This document shows, in pieces, positions 45,428-56,444 of a stretch of 64,000 nt of DNA. The stretch is taken from assembly GCA_963824495.1 (NCBI GenBank), contig CAWGPQ010000017.1, positions 64,001-128,000 on the forward strand, in the 5' to 3' direction. Source of the DNA: an uncultured bacterium (GTDB lineage Bacteria > Babelota > Babeliae > Babelales > Babelaceae). The position numbers were made by a program, and so were the translations under genes. How positions within the stretch are numbered: the first letter of the stretch is position 1; every line of letters begins with the position of its first letter. A model generated the notes under the pieces. It was not told the DNA's origin. It made no database searches and saw nothing but the letters and a program-made list of their open reading frames with translations.

Positions 45428-46726
45428 ATGAGCCTTTTGAGTTTTGATTACAGACAAACAAGCCTAGTATCTGTAGATCAATTTAGCCATCTTACAAGCA
45501 TAGTAAAACCTGAGATTAGGCGTCTTCGCGAGGCTCTATCGCACGGCTATGATACGCCCTATGCTTTCGTCAATCTTATTTCTGCTGATCAACTTTACCT
45601 TCAGGTTGATGATACTATTACTCGTAAGCGCTCGCTCAATATTTCATTACTACTTGTTGTAGGTATCGGCGGATCTAATTTAGGCACACTTGCGGTACAC
45701 CAGGCACTCTATGGCACATTATATAACGACAAAAACCCTTCTCTTAAATTTTATTGTGCTGACACTATTGACGATATGCTCGCTCGTGATCTTATAGCAC
45801 TACTTGAGTGTGAGTTGGCACAGGGTAACACTGTACTTATTAACATTGTTACTAAATCGGGAACGACAACTGAAACACTCGCAAATGCTTGGATATTTAT
45901 TGACGTACTTAAGCGCTATCGTCCACATGATTTCACCAACTTTATTGTCATAACAACGGACAAAGGCTCACCTTTATGGCATTTAGGGCAAAATTTATCG
46001 CTTACCGTGCTTGAAATACCCAAGCTTGTTGGTGGACGCTATTCGGTATTTTCTGCTGTTGGGCTTTTTCCCTTAGGATTTATGGGAGTTGATCTCCAGG
46101 AACTAAGAGCAGGTGCTCGTGATATGCTTGCTATCTGTACTAAACAAGATACTACAAATCTGGCAGCACTAAGTGCTGCATATATCTTTGCAAACTATGA
46201 TAAGGGTAAAAATATTCATGATCTTTTTTTATGTAGCCCCTCATTTGCACAACTTGGTGCCTGGTATCGTCAGCTTATGGGTGAGAGTATTGGTAAACAG
46301 CATAAGGGTATTACGCCTACAGTATCAGTTGGCACAACAGATTTACACTCTGTCGCTCAACTCTATTTAGGTGGGCCTTATGACAAGAGCACAACATTTG
46401 TTATAGATAGCTATGCGTATGATCCTGTAGTTATACCTAAAAATCTTTTTCCTGAAATATCTTTTATTGCTGCAGGCAAAACACTATCGTTTGTAAAGCA
46501 AGCCATTTTTGAAGGTGTTCAAGCTGCCTATAGCGCTGATAAACGACCTTTTGTTACGCTAACATTACCCGGAATTTCAGCGTATACTTTGGGGCAATTT
46601 TTGCAGTTAAAAATGATCGAAATGGTATATTTAGGATTTCTTATGCATGTTAACCCTTTTGATCAGCCGCAGGTAGAATTGTATAAACAAGAAACACAGC
46701 GGATTTTAGCAGATACATCTACATAA
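45428..46726 (+). CDS. pgi: Glucose-6-phosphate isomerase
   Basis: GIGGSNLG, TKSGTTTET, VGGRYSVFS, QLMGESIGK, DLHS, NPFDQPQVE.YK. Confidence 0.95.
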   Translation: MSLLSFDYRQTSLVSVDQFSHLTSIVKPEIRRLREALSHGYDTPYAFVNLISADQLYLQVDDTITRKRSLNISLLLVVGIGGSNLGTLAVHQALYGTLYNDKNPSLKFYCADTIDDMLARDLIALLECELAQGNTVLINIVTKSGTTTETLANAWIFIDVLKRYRPHDFTNFIVITTDKGSPLWHLGQNLSLTVLEIPKLVGGRYSVFSAVGLFPLGFMGVDLQELRAGARDMLAICTKQDTTNLAALSAAYIFANYDKGKNIHDLFLCSPSFAQLGAWYRQLMGESIGKQHKGITPTVSVGTTDLHSVAQLYLGGPYDKSTTFVIDSYAYDPVVIPKNLFPEISFIAAGKTLSFVKQAIFEGVQAAYSADKRPFVTLTLPGISAYTLGQFLQLKMIEMVYLGFLMHVNPFDQPQVELYKQETQRILADTST

Positions 46727-46744
46727 TTACTGGATATCTATATT

Positions 46745-48151
46745 ATGGATACATGGACAATCGTTATCTTAGGCGCTACAGGTGACCTCAGTAGGCGGCA
46801 ATTATTTCCTGCTCTTTATGAACTGATCAAAGGTGCTAAACAACACTATCTTGTTATTGGTGCAGCACGTGATCAATCCACGCCCGATGAACTGCTTGAG
46901 CGAGCACGACCATTTATTACTCATTACGATCAAAAGATATTTGACCAATTACGATCGATTGTTTTTTACCAACAACTTAATTTTGAACATAAACAAGACT
47001 TTATACTGTTAGAACGTGAAATTAATCGACGAGAGCACGAGCTTGGTTTTTCTTCAGAAAATCGTATTATCTATTGTGCTGTAGCTGCACAATTCTACTG
47101 CCCTATTACGCGCTTCTTAAACGAATCCGGTATTATTCAGCAAGGAAGTGATCATCATAGAGTTGTCTATGAAAAACCTTTTGGATGGAACCTTACATCA
47201 GCACGCCAAATAAATACCTGTATCAAACAATTTCTTGCGCCCAAGCAAGCCTATAGAATTGATCATTATTTAGCAAAAGAATTTATTGGCTCTATCTTGC
47301 TGATTCGCTTTGCAAACATAATCTTTGCCTCATTGTGGAACAATACCTATATTGATCACGTGCAAGTATTCTTAAACGAAGCAGTTTGTCTTGAAGGCCG
47401 TGGCACATTTTACGATGCCTATGGAGCACTAAAAGATGTTGTACAAAATCACCTATTACAAATCGTTGCACTACTTGCCATGGATTGCCCTAATATTACC
47501 CTTGACAATGATATAGCAGTAAAAAAAGCAGATATTCTTAAAAGAATACGTGTACGCACAGGTGTTCTTGGTCAATATGAGGGCTATCGCACTGAGCAAG
47601 GCATAGCGCCTGACTCAACAACTGAGACATTTGCTGCGTTACAATTAAGCATCGATCATGAACGCTGGCATAACGTGCCATTTTTTATACAAACAGGTAA
47701 GTGCCTTGCTGAAAAACTTACCGAAATTCGTGTCTTTTTTAAAGAAATAGAGCCTTGTATATTTCAAAAAAAAGTTGTATGCCCTGCTAATATATTAACT
47801 ATTCATGTTACACCCAACGAAGGCTTTTCGCTTAAGCTGAACAGTAAAAAACCGGGAACACAGCTTGAGGCAACTTCAGTCACTATGGACTTTTGCTACG
47901 AGTGCTTGTTTGGACCGGGCACCCCACACGCTTACAAAGTAATCCTTGAACAAGTCATGGAAGGTGATAGCTCCATTTCAGTTAGCTCAGAAGAAATAGA
48001 AGCGCAATGGATGATTATCGATACTGTTAAAACGCTCAATTTACCTGTTTACCAGTATACTCAAAAAAGCCAGGGACCAGAAGAAGCACAACGCTTAATG
48101 TGTTCGTCCTCATCATGTGTAGCATGTTCTGATAAGGAGACTTGTATATGA
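46745..48151 (+). CDS. zwf: Glucose-6-phosphate 1-dehydrogenase
   Basis: GATGDL, EKPFG, RIDHYLAKE, DVVQNH, WHNVPF. Confidence 0.95.
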   Translation: MDTWTIVILGATGDLSRRQLFPALYELIKGAKQHYLVIGAARDQSTPDELLERARPFITHYDQKIFDQLRSIVFYQQLNFEHKQDFILLEREINRREHELGFSSENRIIYCAVAAQFYCPITRFLNESGIIQQGSDHHRVVYEKPFGWNLTSARQINTCIKQFLAPKQAYRIDHYLAKEFIGSILLIRFANIIFASLWNNTYIDHVQVFLNEAVCLEGRGTFYDAYGALKDVVQNHLLQIVALLAMDCPNITLDNDIAVKKADILKRIRVRTGVLGQYEGYRTEQGIAPDSTTETFAALQLSIDHERWHNVPFFIQTGKCLAEKLTEIRVFFKEIEPCIFQKKVVCPANILTIHVTPNEGFSLKLNSKKPGTQLEATSVTMDFCYECLFGPGTPHAYKVILEQVMEGDSSISVSSEEIEAQWMIIDTVKTLNLPVYQYTQKSQGPEEAQRLMCSSSSCVACSDKETCI

Positions 48152-49041
48152 TTATTGGTATGGTCGGTTTGGGACGTATGGGACACGCTCTTGTGCTACG
48201 TCTTACCCAAGCTGGTTATGATGTGCTCGGTTACGATCCTGCTCCCGTCACCATAGAGGAAGATGGTTTTAGGCGCGTTTCATCGTTACTTGAAATTGCC
48301 GATAAAGCACATATCATTTGGCTCATGGTTCCTGCAGGCTCTATTGTTGATGAAACTATTGCCCAACTCTCACCCTCACTTCAACCAGGTGATAGTATAA
48401 TTGATGGCGGTAACAGTTACTTTAAAGATTCAATTCGTCGCCATAATCTGCTGGCTCAGCAAGGAATTAATTTTTTTGATTGCGGTACTTCTGGTGGACC
48501 GGTCGGTGTAGAGACAGGTTTTTCGCTTATGATTGGAGGAGACGTTGAACCTTTTAGGCGCATCGAAGAAATTTTTGCTGCTATTGCTGCACCCAACGGC
48601 TACGGATACGTTGGTCCTTCTGGTGCCGGTCATTATGTAAAAATGGTGCATAATGGTATCGAATACGCTTTGCTAGAATCATATGCTGAAGGCTTTCATG
48701 TACTTAAAGATGGCCATTATAAAAATCTCGATTTAGCTCAAATTAGCGATATCTGGAACCATGGTGCTGTTATTCGTTCATGGATCTTAGAACTTGCCTA
48801 TGAGATCTTTATTCAAGATCAAGATCTTACTTCTATTAGTGGCTTTGTTGCAGAAAGCGGAACCGGCCGTTGGACTGCCGAAGAAGCACATAGACACAAT
48901 ATTCCAGTACCGCTTATAGAAGATGCTTTAAAAATACGTGCCGAGTCACGTAAAACAGGAGGTAATTATGCAACTAAAGTTGTAGCGTTACTCCGTAATA
49001 AATTTGGCGAGCACCCTGTTAAAAAAATAGAGCAAACTTGA
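48142..49041 (+). CDS. gnd: 6-phosphogluconate dehydrogenase (decarboxylating, short type)
   Basis: GLGRMG, IDGGNS, GTSGG, GHYVKMVHNGIEY, SGTGRW. Confidence 0.95.
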   Translation: MYMIIGMVGLGRMGHALVLRLTQAGYDVLGYDPAPVTIEEDGFRRVSSLLEIADKAHIIWLMVPAGSIVDETIAQLSPSLQPGDSIIDGGNSYFKDSIRRHNLLAQQGINFFDCGTSGGPVGVETGFSLMIGGDVEPFRRIEEIFAAIAAPNGYGYVGPSGAGHYVKMVHNGIEYALLESYAEGFHVLKDGHYKNLDLAQISDIWNHGAVIRSWILELAYEIFIQDQDLTSISGFVAESGTGRWTAEEAHRHNIPVPLIEDALKIRAESRKTGGNYATKVVALLRNKFGEHPVKKIEQT

Positions 49042-49054
49042 TAGGAAGTATCAT

Positions 49055-49687
49055 ATGGCACAAGCGTATTTGTATCTTTATGTTACTATAAGTACGTTAT
49101 CGCTAAGCTTACATACTCAAGCAATTTATGAAAATAATGTTCCAGACTTAAAAGTATTAGCTTATGCAAAAATACTAACTGCACACTATCAAATTAGACC
49201 TGAAATCCTACCTAAAGAGCTAACTCAACGGCTGAAATCATTAGAACAAGCAATAACCTATCTTTCAGAAAATAACAAACTGGATGGCCATTTAGCAGCA
49301 ACAATAGCCCAAGAACCTGTGCTCATTGATACCCTTCTGGCTGCAGTCGATTATCAACACAGAGAGCAATTAAGCATGAGCTTACTCTTTTCAACTATTA
49401 CAGCTGAAAGCATGACAGGATTTGAATTCCTTATCAATCATGGTGTCGATAGTAATAAGCCATGGCACATGTCCGGTTATACTCCCTTGCACTGGGCAGC
49501 TCATGAAGGCAAAAGAGATTTCGTGAAAGCTCTTATTAAGCAAGGAGCACAGCTTAATGCCTTAACAAATCCACCTTTTGGGTCACGAACGCCGCTAGAT
49601 ATAGCCCAAAAGAAACACTATTCAACCATAGTGGCCCTTTTACGTAAAGCAAACAGGGGTAATGCTCATAGCAAAAAAAGCGGATAA
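49055..49687 (+). CDS. Exported ankyrin-repeat protein
   Basis: GYTPLHWAA, RTPLDIA; signal peptide. Confidence 0.85.
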   Translation: MAQAYLYLYVTISTLSLSLHTQAIYENNVPDLKVLAYAKILTAHYQIRPEILPKELTQRLKSLEQAITYLSENNKLDGHLAATIAQEPVLIDTLLAAVDYQHREQLSMSLLFSTITAESMTGFEFLINHGVDSNKPWHMSGYTPLHWAAHEGKRDFVKALIKQGAQLNALTNPPFGSRTPLDIAQKKHYSTIVALLRKANRGNAHSKKSG

Positions 49688-49690
49688 ACC

Positions 49691-50341
49691 ATGACAAAAA
49701 TAATCGATATTAGTTGGCCTATAACCACCACTATGACCACATATAAAAATCGTGACGACGTTGTTCTTAGGCAAACCAAAACATGGGAGACAGACCAAGC
49801 GCGTGAATCAACTATATGCCTCGGAACACATACCGGCACTCATGTTGATGCACCGGCACATTTTATAGAATATGGGAAAACCATTGATGCTTGTGATCTA
49901 TCGCAGCTCCGTGGCCCGTGCATTGTACTTGACCTTACGCGTAGTAAAGAGAGCATAAGCGCGTCTGATATTAAAATTGCACTTCGGCCCTATCGTGATA
50001 ACAAAATACTTAGCGCAGGCTTTAGAATTCTTTTTAAGACACGCAATAGCTTACTTGAGCCAACTGTGTTATTTGATCAAAGCTTTGTTTATCTAACAGC
50101 TTCGGGTGCTGAATATTGTGCACAAATAGGTGCTGTAGCTGTGGGCATAGATTACTTGGGTATTGAACGCAATCAGCCTGCGCACGAAACACATATTCTG
50201 CTACTAAGTCACAATATTCTTATTATTGAAGGCTTGCGCCTTGGGCATGTTCAACCTGGTATATACGTGCTTTTTTGCTTGCCGTTGTTGATAGTAGGCG
50301 GCGATGCAGCTCCAGCACGTGCTGCATTAGCTTTTGAATAA
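49691..50341 (+). CDS. Cyclase-family metal-dependent hydrolase (KynB-like)
   Basis: HTGTHVDAPAH, VGIDYLG, H..LL, IIEGL, GDAAPARA. Confidence 0.92.
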   Translation: MTKIIDISWPITTTMTTYKNRDDVVLRQTKTWETDQARESTICLGTHTGTHVDAPAHFIEYGKTIDACDLSQLRGPCIVLDLTRSKESISASDIKIALRPYRDNKILSAGFRILFKTRNSLLEPTVLFDQSFVYLTASGAEYCAQIGAVAVGIDYLGIERNQPAHETHILLLSHNILIIEGLRLGHVQPGIYVLFCLPLLIVGGDAAPARAALAFE

Positions 50342-50548
50342 CCAACACCGTCCTCTCTATTATGCTTATTTTATCTTTGACAATCAACATAAATCAAGCA
50401 TCGTATTACTTATGTTTAACTATCTCGCTGTATCTCTCAAATTAAGCTTTTTTAGTATATACTTATCACATTGATTAAAAATACAATCAGCAAATGTTGC
50501 TGTTTTACGATACAATAGCCCAGCTAAAGATATATTTAGGAATATATA

Positions 50549-51743
50549 ATGAGTAATTACAAAATAGTGTTAGCTATTTGCGTTGTCTTTCTTTCGAGTA
50601 CAGCGCAGCTTAATAGCATGAACCTTGATTACCAGCAGTTTCTTAATAAGCAGTTATTATCGGCGGCAAAATCAGGCTATAAAGATAGCACCATCTCATT
50701 ACTAGAGCAGGGTGCTAACGTTAATCATGCCAATGATTTTGGCCAGACCGCTCTTATCAATGCAGCTATAGGGGGTCATGCGGATATCGTTAGGTTGCTT
50801 ATAGAGCACGGTGCTGATGTTAATCGTGCTAATAAGTGGTGCACTACTGCTCTTACAGTGGCAGCTAGAGACGGGCATACAAATGTAGTTAGGACGCTTA
50901 TAGATCATGGTGCTCATGTTAATCATGCTGATAATGATGGCTTGACTGCTCTTATTGCTGCAAGTGAGCATGGACATACAGATATAGTTAGAATGCTTTT
51001 AGAGCATGACGCCTTTGTTAATCATGCCAATAATAATGGTGATACCGCTCTTACAACTGCAACCAATAGTGGTCACATTGAAACGATTAAAGAGCTTATA
51101 GACCTTGGGGTTCACGTTGATCATATTTCTAAGAATGACAAAACTGCGCTTATGATTGCTGCAACTCAGGGACATATCCAAGTAGTTAGAATGCTTATGG
51201 AAGCTGGCGCTAACCTTAATTATACTAACAATAATGGCTATACTGCTCTTATGTGGGCGGCTAATAGAGGGCGTGCAGAGTATGCAAGATGAACAAGGCA
51301 ATACGCCATTACATTATGCAGCACGTAATGGTAATGATGGTATTATTGGATTATTGCTCGATCGTAATGCCCAGGTTAACAGTAAGAATAATCAAAAGAA
51401 CGCGCCATTGCATCTAGCTGCTCAAGCTGGTACTATAGCAGTGGTTAAGCGGCTCATGAAAGCTGGTGCTTGTGTTACTGCCCCTAATAGCCAAGCATAT
51501 ACTGCATGGGGCGTTGCCCTAAGGCACAATCATAACAAACTAGCAAATTTTATTAATCGCCATGCTGTTCAAGCTACGTTGAGATTGGTATCTAAACAAG
51601 GAGGTCTGGGAAAACTTGGCACATTCTATACAGGTACTCAAGAAGACGCCCAAGCTTTAGGCATAACAGTCGATGGCTCACTTCCTCCGGAAACTACGGC
51701 ACATATTATCGGTTATGCTAGTACTCCAGGATTATCTTATTAG
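50549..51743 (+). pseudogene. Exported ankyrin-repeat protein with C-terminal F-box-like motif, split by a frameshift/deletion near 51280
   Basis: Two overlapping ANK ORFs; the second ends LPPETTAHIIGY, and its tail aligns with that of 18420-19889. Confidence 0.8.
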
Positions 51744-51807
51744 CTTGGTGCATGCTAACTCTAGCTCTACTCGTAGAGCTAACCGTTCAATCAAGATAAC
51801 ATTCTAA

Positions 51808-53156
51808 TTAACGAGCTAATGTATAGACTGCATAGGGATCCTTTGGAGGCGTTGCGATTCTGTGAACAACACCCTTATCTAAGAGTCGCTTGAGTCTTGT
51901 TCGTGCAGCTCGCGGAGAAATATTCCAAAATTCTGCAGCACTATGTGTGCTAATTTCTTTGTTTTTTTTGAGATACTTAATTGAAAGCTCTTCTCCCGGC
52001 CGTGCTCTACTTGGTTCTATCGGGATAGAATATAGAGTTAAGCGAAATTGATTATTAAGTTCTTCAAAGAACGGTTGCTTAAGTCCCCCACTCTTGACAA
52101 GCATATATAATACGTTGCAGGCCTGAACCCCATTGCTCAATAAGTTTAAGCTCCCGAAATACTCTTCCAAGCACACGATTACGCAAGCGTGAAGCACCAC
52201 CAAGTGCAAGCTCTAACGTCAAGCCAAAAGGAAGTCCGCCGGGGTTGGTTATCTCAATACGACTGTCAAAAATAGCAATGCTAATAGCAATACCTTTTAT
52301 GGCATAATCAGCGTGAACGATAGCGTTAATAACAGCTTCTCGCAATGCAACTGGCGGATATTCAGGTATATCTCTTCTTTTTACACGTCCTATTATACTA
52401 GAAGTATAGGTATGTCGCTCAATAAAGGTAATTGCTTGTCCTACCGGATCTGGCAAGTATGCAGTAATGTCTTGTTGATCAAGAATCGTCTCTTTAGTTT
52501 TACCTGCAAAACGAGCACAGCGTATAACTGAATCAGGAAAAAGCTCGAAGCGATTTTTGCCAAAAAGAAGTATACCTCCATATGTTGGGTAACTTTTTCC
52601 AAACTTATGAGTAAGCAAGCCTAACGTTTCACCTTTACTAGCGTTGATTTCTTTACCAACTTCTAAAGAGCTCCTGTACAAAGTCCCATTCTAGCACATC
52701 TTGAGGACCTTGAAGACAAGGCATTTCATCAAACGATATATTTTTTGCAAAAAGCCGCAACATCTCAACCATTTCGATGTCGGCAGTTCGATTAGTAGAA
52801 CCGAATCTAACATATATTCCTTTTTCAAGACCGGTAGCCTTGAGATAATAAGGTCCCGCGCCATGAGCCACTCGGAGAATAATAAGCTCTCTTTTTCGAT
52901 AGGTGTGTATCTCAATATCGGGTATAAGCAAAGGAGATATAGCGTCAGCAATACTATTGGCAAGACGCTCTTCTTCTAGCAAAACGTTTTCTAGACCAAC
53001 AACTTTTTTTGTTGCGTCCTCAACACCGATAACAATAATTCCTCCCGCAGTATTTGCAAAAGCAATTACGGTCTTAATAATACTCGCCAGAGACTTGGTG
53101 TTTTCCTTAAACTCTAAGGTCTTTCCCTCGTTTTGCCCCAAGATTTCTTCGATCAT
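51808..53156 (-). pseudogene. AlbA_2 (Schlafen-like) + ATP-binding + HTH regulator, two frameshifts
   Basis: EGKTLEFKE, AFANTAGG, YPPVALREAVINAIVHADY, RIEITNPGG, RNRVL, IEQWGSG, C-terminal HTH; shifts near 52665 and 52088. Confidence 0.88.
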
Positions 53157-53245
53157 ATCTATGATTCCTCAGGAAAATGGTCGTCTACTAGGAATTTAAC
53201 ACGGAAGATGATCGGAAGTCAAAAGCTTCCTAGTTACTTTGAAAA

Positions 53246-54253
53246 TCAATTGTGCATAAAACTTGCAATACGTCGTGCTATTTCTTCAGGCAAGCCATAA
53301 GCTCCCACTATCCCGTAGCGAGAAATAGTAGAGCGGTTGGTGTAAAGGCCAAGATGCTTAACAAGCATATGCCCTACAGTTTTATATGCTTCTTGCTTGT
53401 CAGCCTTTTCTTGATTGTTTGTCCATTGTTGCCAAGCCACCTGCAAGTAGTTTCCATCTACAATGATTCCAGAGGTAGATAAAAATATACGAACAAGTTC
53501 TACTATGTTACGTTTGTCTGCCTTAATAGCTAACAAAAGGGGAGTTTGGTCTACCTTATTTTTGCAATTAATCTGGGCACCGCGCCGCAATAAAAGATGC
53601 ACGGTGTCTAAATTATGCCAACCAGCACAATGCAGAGGAGTTGCTCCAGTTTTGCTTTGGGCATGTATATCAGCACCCTGATCAAGCAATAGCTCAACAA
53701 TTGGGAAGTTATCACATAACGCAGCGCTATGGAGAGGTGTTTCACCGTGCTCATTTTGAAGAGTCACGTTAGGCACAGTAGTCAAAAGAAGTTCCATAAG
53801 CTCTCTGCTCGGTTCGGCTGCAGCGGCATGAAGTGGTGTATTGGAAAAAGTAAATTCGCTTACTTTAGCATAAGCATCAGCCCCATACCCTAATAAAAGC
53901 CGTACGATCTCGATGTTGTTGTCTTTAGATTGCTGCTTGTAGCCTTTGATGGCCCAGTAAAGAGGTGTGCCTCCTGTAGCCCCTGCTCTTACTGTAGCAT
54001 CAGCACCTTTTTCTAGAAAAAGCTTTACCAGCGCAACATGACCACTATAAGCTGCTCGATGCAGCGGCAGCATATCCCATTTATCTGGTGCAGTATTAAG
54101 TTGGGCACCCCGGTCGAGGGCTTGCTCCGCCTGAACTCTATCACCACTATATAGCGCATTAAGAAGTTGTTGGTCAGGGTTCATACCATAACTGGGCAAC
54201 ACTGTTATAATAAAGCTTACTGTAAGGGTTATAGAAAAATATACACAGCGCAT
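53246..54253 (-). CDS. Exported ankyrin-repeat protein with C-terminal F-box-like motif
   Basis: Signal peptide, about 7 ANK repeats, ends LPEEIARRIASFM. Confidence 0.92.
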   Translation of the reverse strand: MRCVYFSITLTVSFIITVLPSYGMNPDQQLLNALYSGDRVQAEQALDRGAQLNTAPDKWDMLPLHRAAYSGHVALVKLFLEKGADATVRAGATGGTPLYWAIKGYKQQSKDNNIEIVRLLLGYGADAYAKVSEFTFSNTPLHAAAAEPSRELMELLLTTVPNVTLQNEHGETPLHSAALCDNFPIVELLLDQGADIHAQSKTGATPLHCAGWHNLDTVHLLLRRGAQINCKNKVDQTPLLLAIKADKRNIVELVRIFLSTSGIIVDGNYLQVAWQQWTNNQEKADKQEAYKTVGHMLVKHLGLYTNRSTISRYGIVGAYGLPEEIARRIASFMHN

Positions 54254-54442
54254 GTATGAGATCCTTAAAAGCAGAGATGTTTTGAGTAGATTTTAGTTAG
54301 GGCTGTACAATTAGTATACCTATTATTTTAGTGCTTAATGATTAAAAAGGGGCAATTTTATACTCGAAATGGCTAAAGTCTTTTAATAAATATTTACTCT
54401 TATACATAAATTTTAATAAACTAATATAGTGAGCCTACTGCT

Positions 54443-54778
54443 ATGTCAATCAACGATATTGATGTCAATTGGCTTATGACTAGATTGGACTCATTAATAA
54501 AGAAGGGTTGGATACCACAAAAAGAAGGCGATGCCCTACGTAATCGTATAGAGAAAGTAATAACCCAATTATCTACAATAAGCAAGAAGGCTCCTGTTAG
54601 TTTTAAGTTTTACGCTCTGGAATTTAAAAATGCATCACCAACTGACATCCAAAAGCGCGAGCAACTTAAAGCTCTCTATAATCAGCTGCCCACAGATACG
54701 GCTATGCAGCAAACGCTCAAAGAGAAGGCACGGGAGAAATTTATAGAAAAATTTAATAGTGATCCTGAAAAAGAATAA
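54443..54778 (+). CDS. Hypothetical helical protein
   Basis: 111-aa ORF filling the gap; no recognised motif. Confidence 0.55.
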   Translation: MSINDIDVNWLMTRLDSLIKKGWIPQKEGDALRNRIEKVITQLSTISKKAPVSFKFYALEFKNASPTDIQKREQLKALYNQLPTDTAMQQTLKEKAREKFIEKFNSDPEKE

Positions 54779-54820
54779 CATCAAACTGATTCAGGACCAC
54801 TATATTTTTGTTTGATGTGA

Positions 54821-56347
54821 CTATGTTGACCTAAATGGATTATGATAATCTTCAACAGAAGCACATATGCCACGTGTTATCCAATCTTTAAATTCTCTAT
54901 TCATATCGGCACTGTTGCTTGCCACAAAGCGTGTAATTTGAGGACACAAGGCTCCCGTTTTTGCTTGATATGACTGAGTTGGCTTAAATGGATTGTGATA
55001 ATCCTCAGCAGAAACACATATGCCCCGTGCCTCCCATTCTTTAAATTCTTTATTTACATCGACACCGTTGCTTGCCAAAAAGCCGATCGTGTACAAGGCA
55101 CGGTTAAAGGGTGATGGATGGTCATATCCAGGATCAAAAGTGGCATCATCAGCACTTTTAGTATCTTCAGTTGCCCACTGGTTAATCATAAATAAAATTG
55201 CATCTATCTGTCTGAGCTCAAAAAGCTTTTTAAGAGCAAAGAGATCAGCACGAGATTCTTGCTTTCTCGCGTACTCGCGTCTGCCGAAGTTTTCGGGCAA
55301 AGACCATAGCGTAGGATTAGAATCTAAAATTTTAATAATAGAGCTGCCCAAGGATGTAGAATCATCAACTACCCGTTTACCTACCTCTAGGTAGTGCTTA
55401 ATCTCATGTATATCCGCTTTGAATTCCGGTCGATTAGAAGCATCATCAATAGAGAGCTTTCCCGACACAATGAGCTGCTGTGTCCAGGGATCGTGATGTA
55501 TAAGATGTCCCATTTCATGATACAAGGTAAATAATGTTTCATAACAATCTTTGTATTCTAAAAGTAGAAGAGCAGCTAATGTCTTAATCGGAGTATTTAT
55601 GCAGCCTGAGCCTAATGAATCTTCATCCTCATCTGCACGTGCAAAAACAAGTTTTATGTTAAGCTTAAGTAGGTTTTTTACTTGATTAACAAGTTCAATC
55701 TGTGCAAATGTTGGGGGGGTAGCACCATAGCCACCCATGAGCCACCAACGAACAAAATCGATACAAGCAGAATCAAGCCAGCTTTTATCGATAGCAGTGA
55801 TTGATTCAGCCAAAGGCATATGTAAAGCTTCTCTTAAAAAATTATAAGCATGCAAAAGCTCAGTCTGTTCAATTAAACTGTTAGAAGGATGTTTTGTCTC
55901 TGTGTCTAGCACGTCATAGATATTCTGAGCTATATGTGGATACTGGCTAATAGGATGATACATTCCTTTTTTGGCAAAAAGAAACTTTGTTATTTTTTTC
56001 CAGGCTGAATAACCCACCTTGTCTAACAATTCTCTGTTAATATCGCTTATTGATGTAGCTGTTTGTGGTATTGTTTTAGGAGAATATTGAGCTAAAAGTT
56101 CAAGTAAAAAATTGTAATAGTTGACCACTCGTTCTTGATACAATGGATCTTGAGGACTAGTTTCAAGTTTATTGAAGGTGACAGCTATTTGGTCCACCAT
56201 CACTTTTGCTACCACGGTATTTTCAAGCGTCATGTCAGGAGGTAATGTTTGGTGTGCGTTTCCATAAGTAGTTAATGGATAGAGAATGCTTAATATAACA
56301 AAAACATATGTGTATAAGTTTATGGCTGAAAATGGCTTTTTCATCAT
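54821..56347 (-). CDS. Exported HEXXH zinc metallopeptidase-like protein (M48-like)
   Basis: YHEMGHL, ESRAD, HPS..NR; duplicated C-terminal segment. Confidence 0.75.
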   Translation of the reverse strand: MMKKPFSAINLYTYVFVILSILYPLTTYGNAHQTLPPDMTLENTVVAKVMVDQIAVTFNKLETSPQDPLYQERVVNYYNFLLELLAQYSPKTIPQTATSISDINRELLDKVGYSAWKKITKFLFAKKGMYHPISQYPHIAQNIYDVLDTETKHPSNSLIEQTELLHAYNFLREALHMPLAESITAIDKSWLDSACIDFVRWWLMGGYGATPPTFAQIELVNQVKNLLKLNIKLVFARADEDEDSLGSGCINTPIKTLAALLLLEYKDCYETLFTLYHEMGHLIHHDPWTQQLIVSGKLSIDDASNRPEFKADIHEIKHYLEVGKRVVDDSTSLGSSIIKILDSNPTLWSLPENFGRREYARKQESRADLFALKKLFELRQIDAILFMINQWATEDTKSADDATFDPGYDHPSPFNRALYTIGFLASNGVDVNKEFKEWEARGICVSAEDYHNPFKPTQSYQAKTGALCPQITRFVASNSADMNREFKDWITRGICASVEDYHNPFRST

Positions 56348-56444
56348 GAGTATCCTTAATGGAATAGTATTAATAACTATATAATAGAAAATTAGTATTT
56401 GCGTTATGTGCGCCTAGATCTGCAAAACCCCTGTTTAATAAGCG

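Noticed and set aside
51808..53156. AlbA_2 gene as an intact defence system or programmed frameshift
   Set aside because: Two separate shifts, no partner genes and no clear slippery-site structure; decay is the simpler explanation
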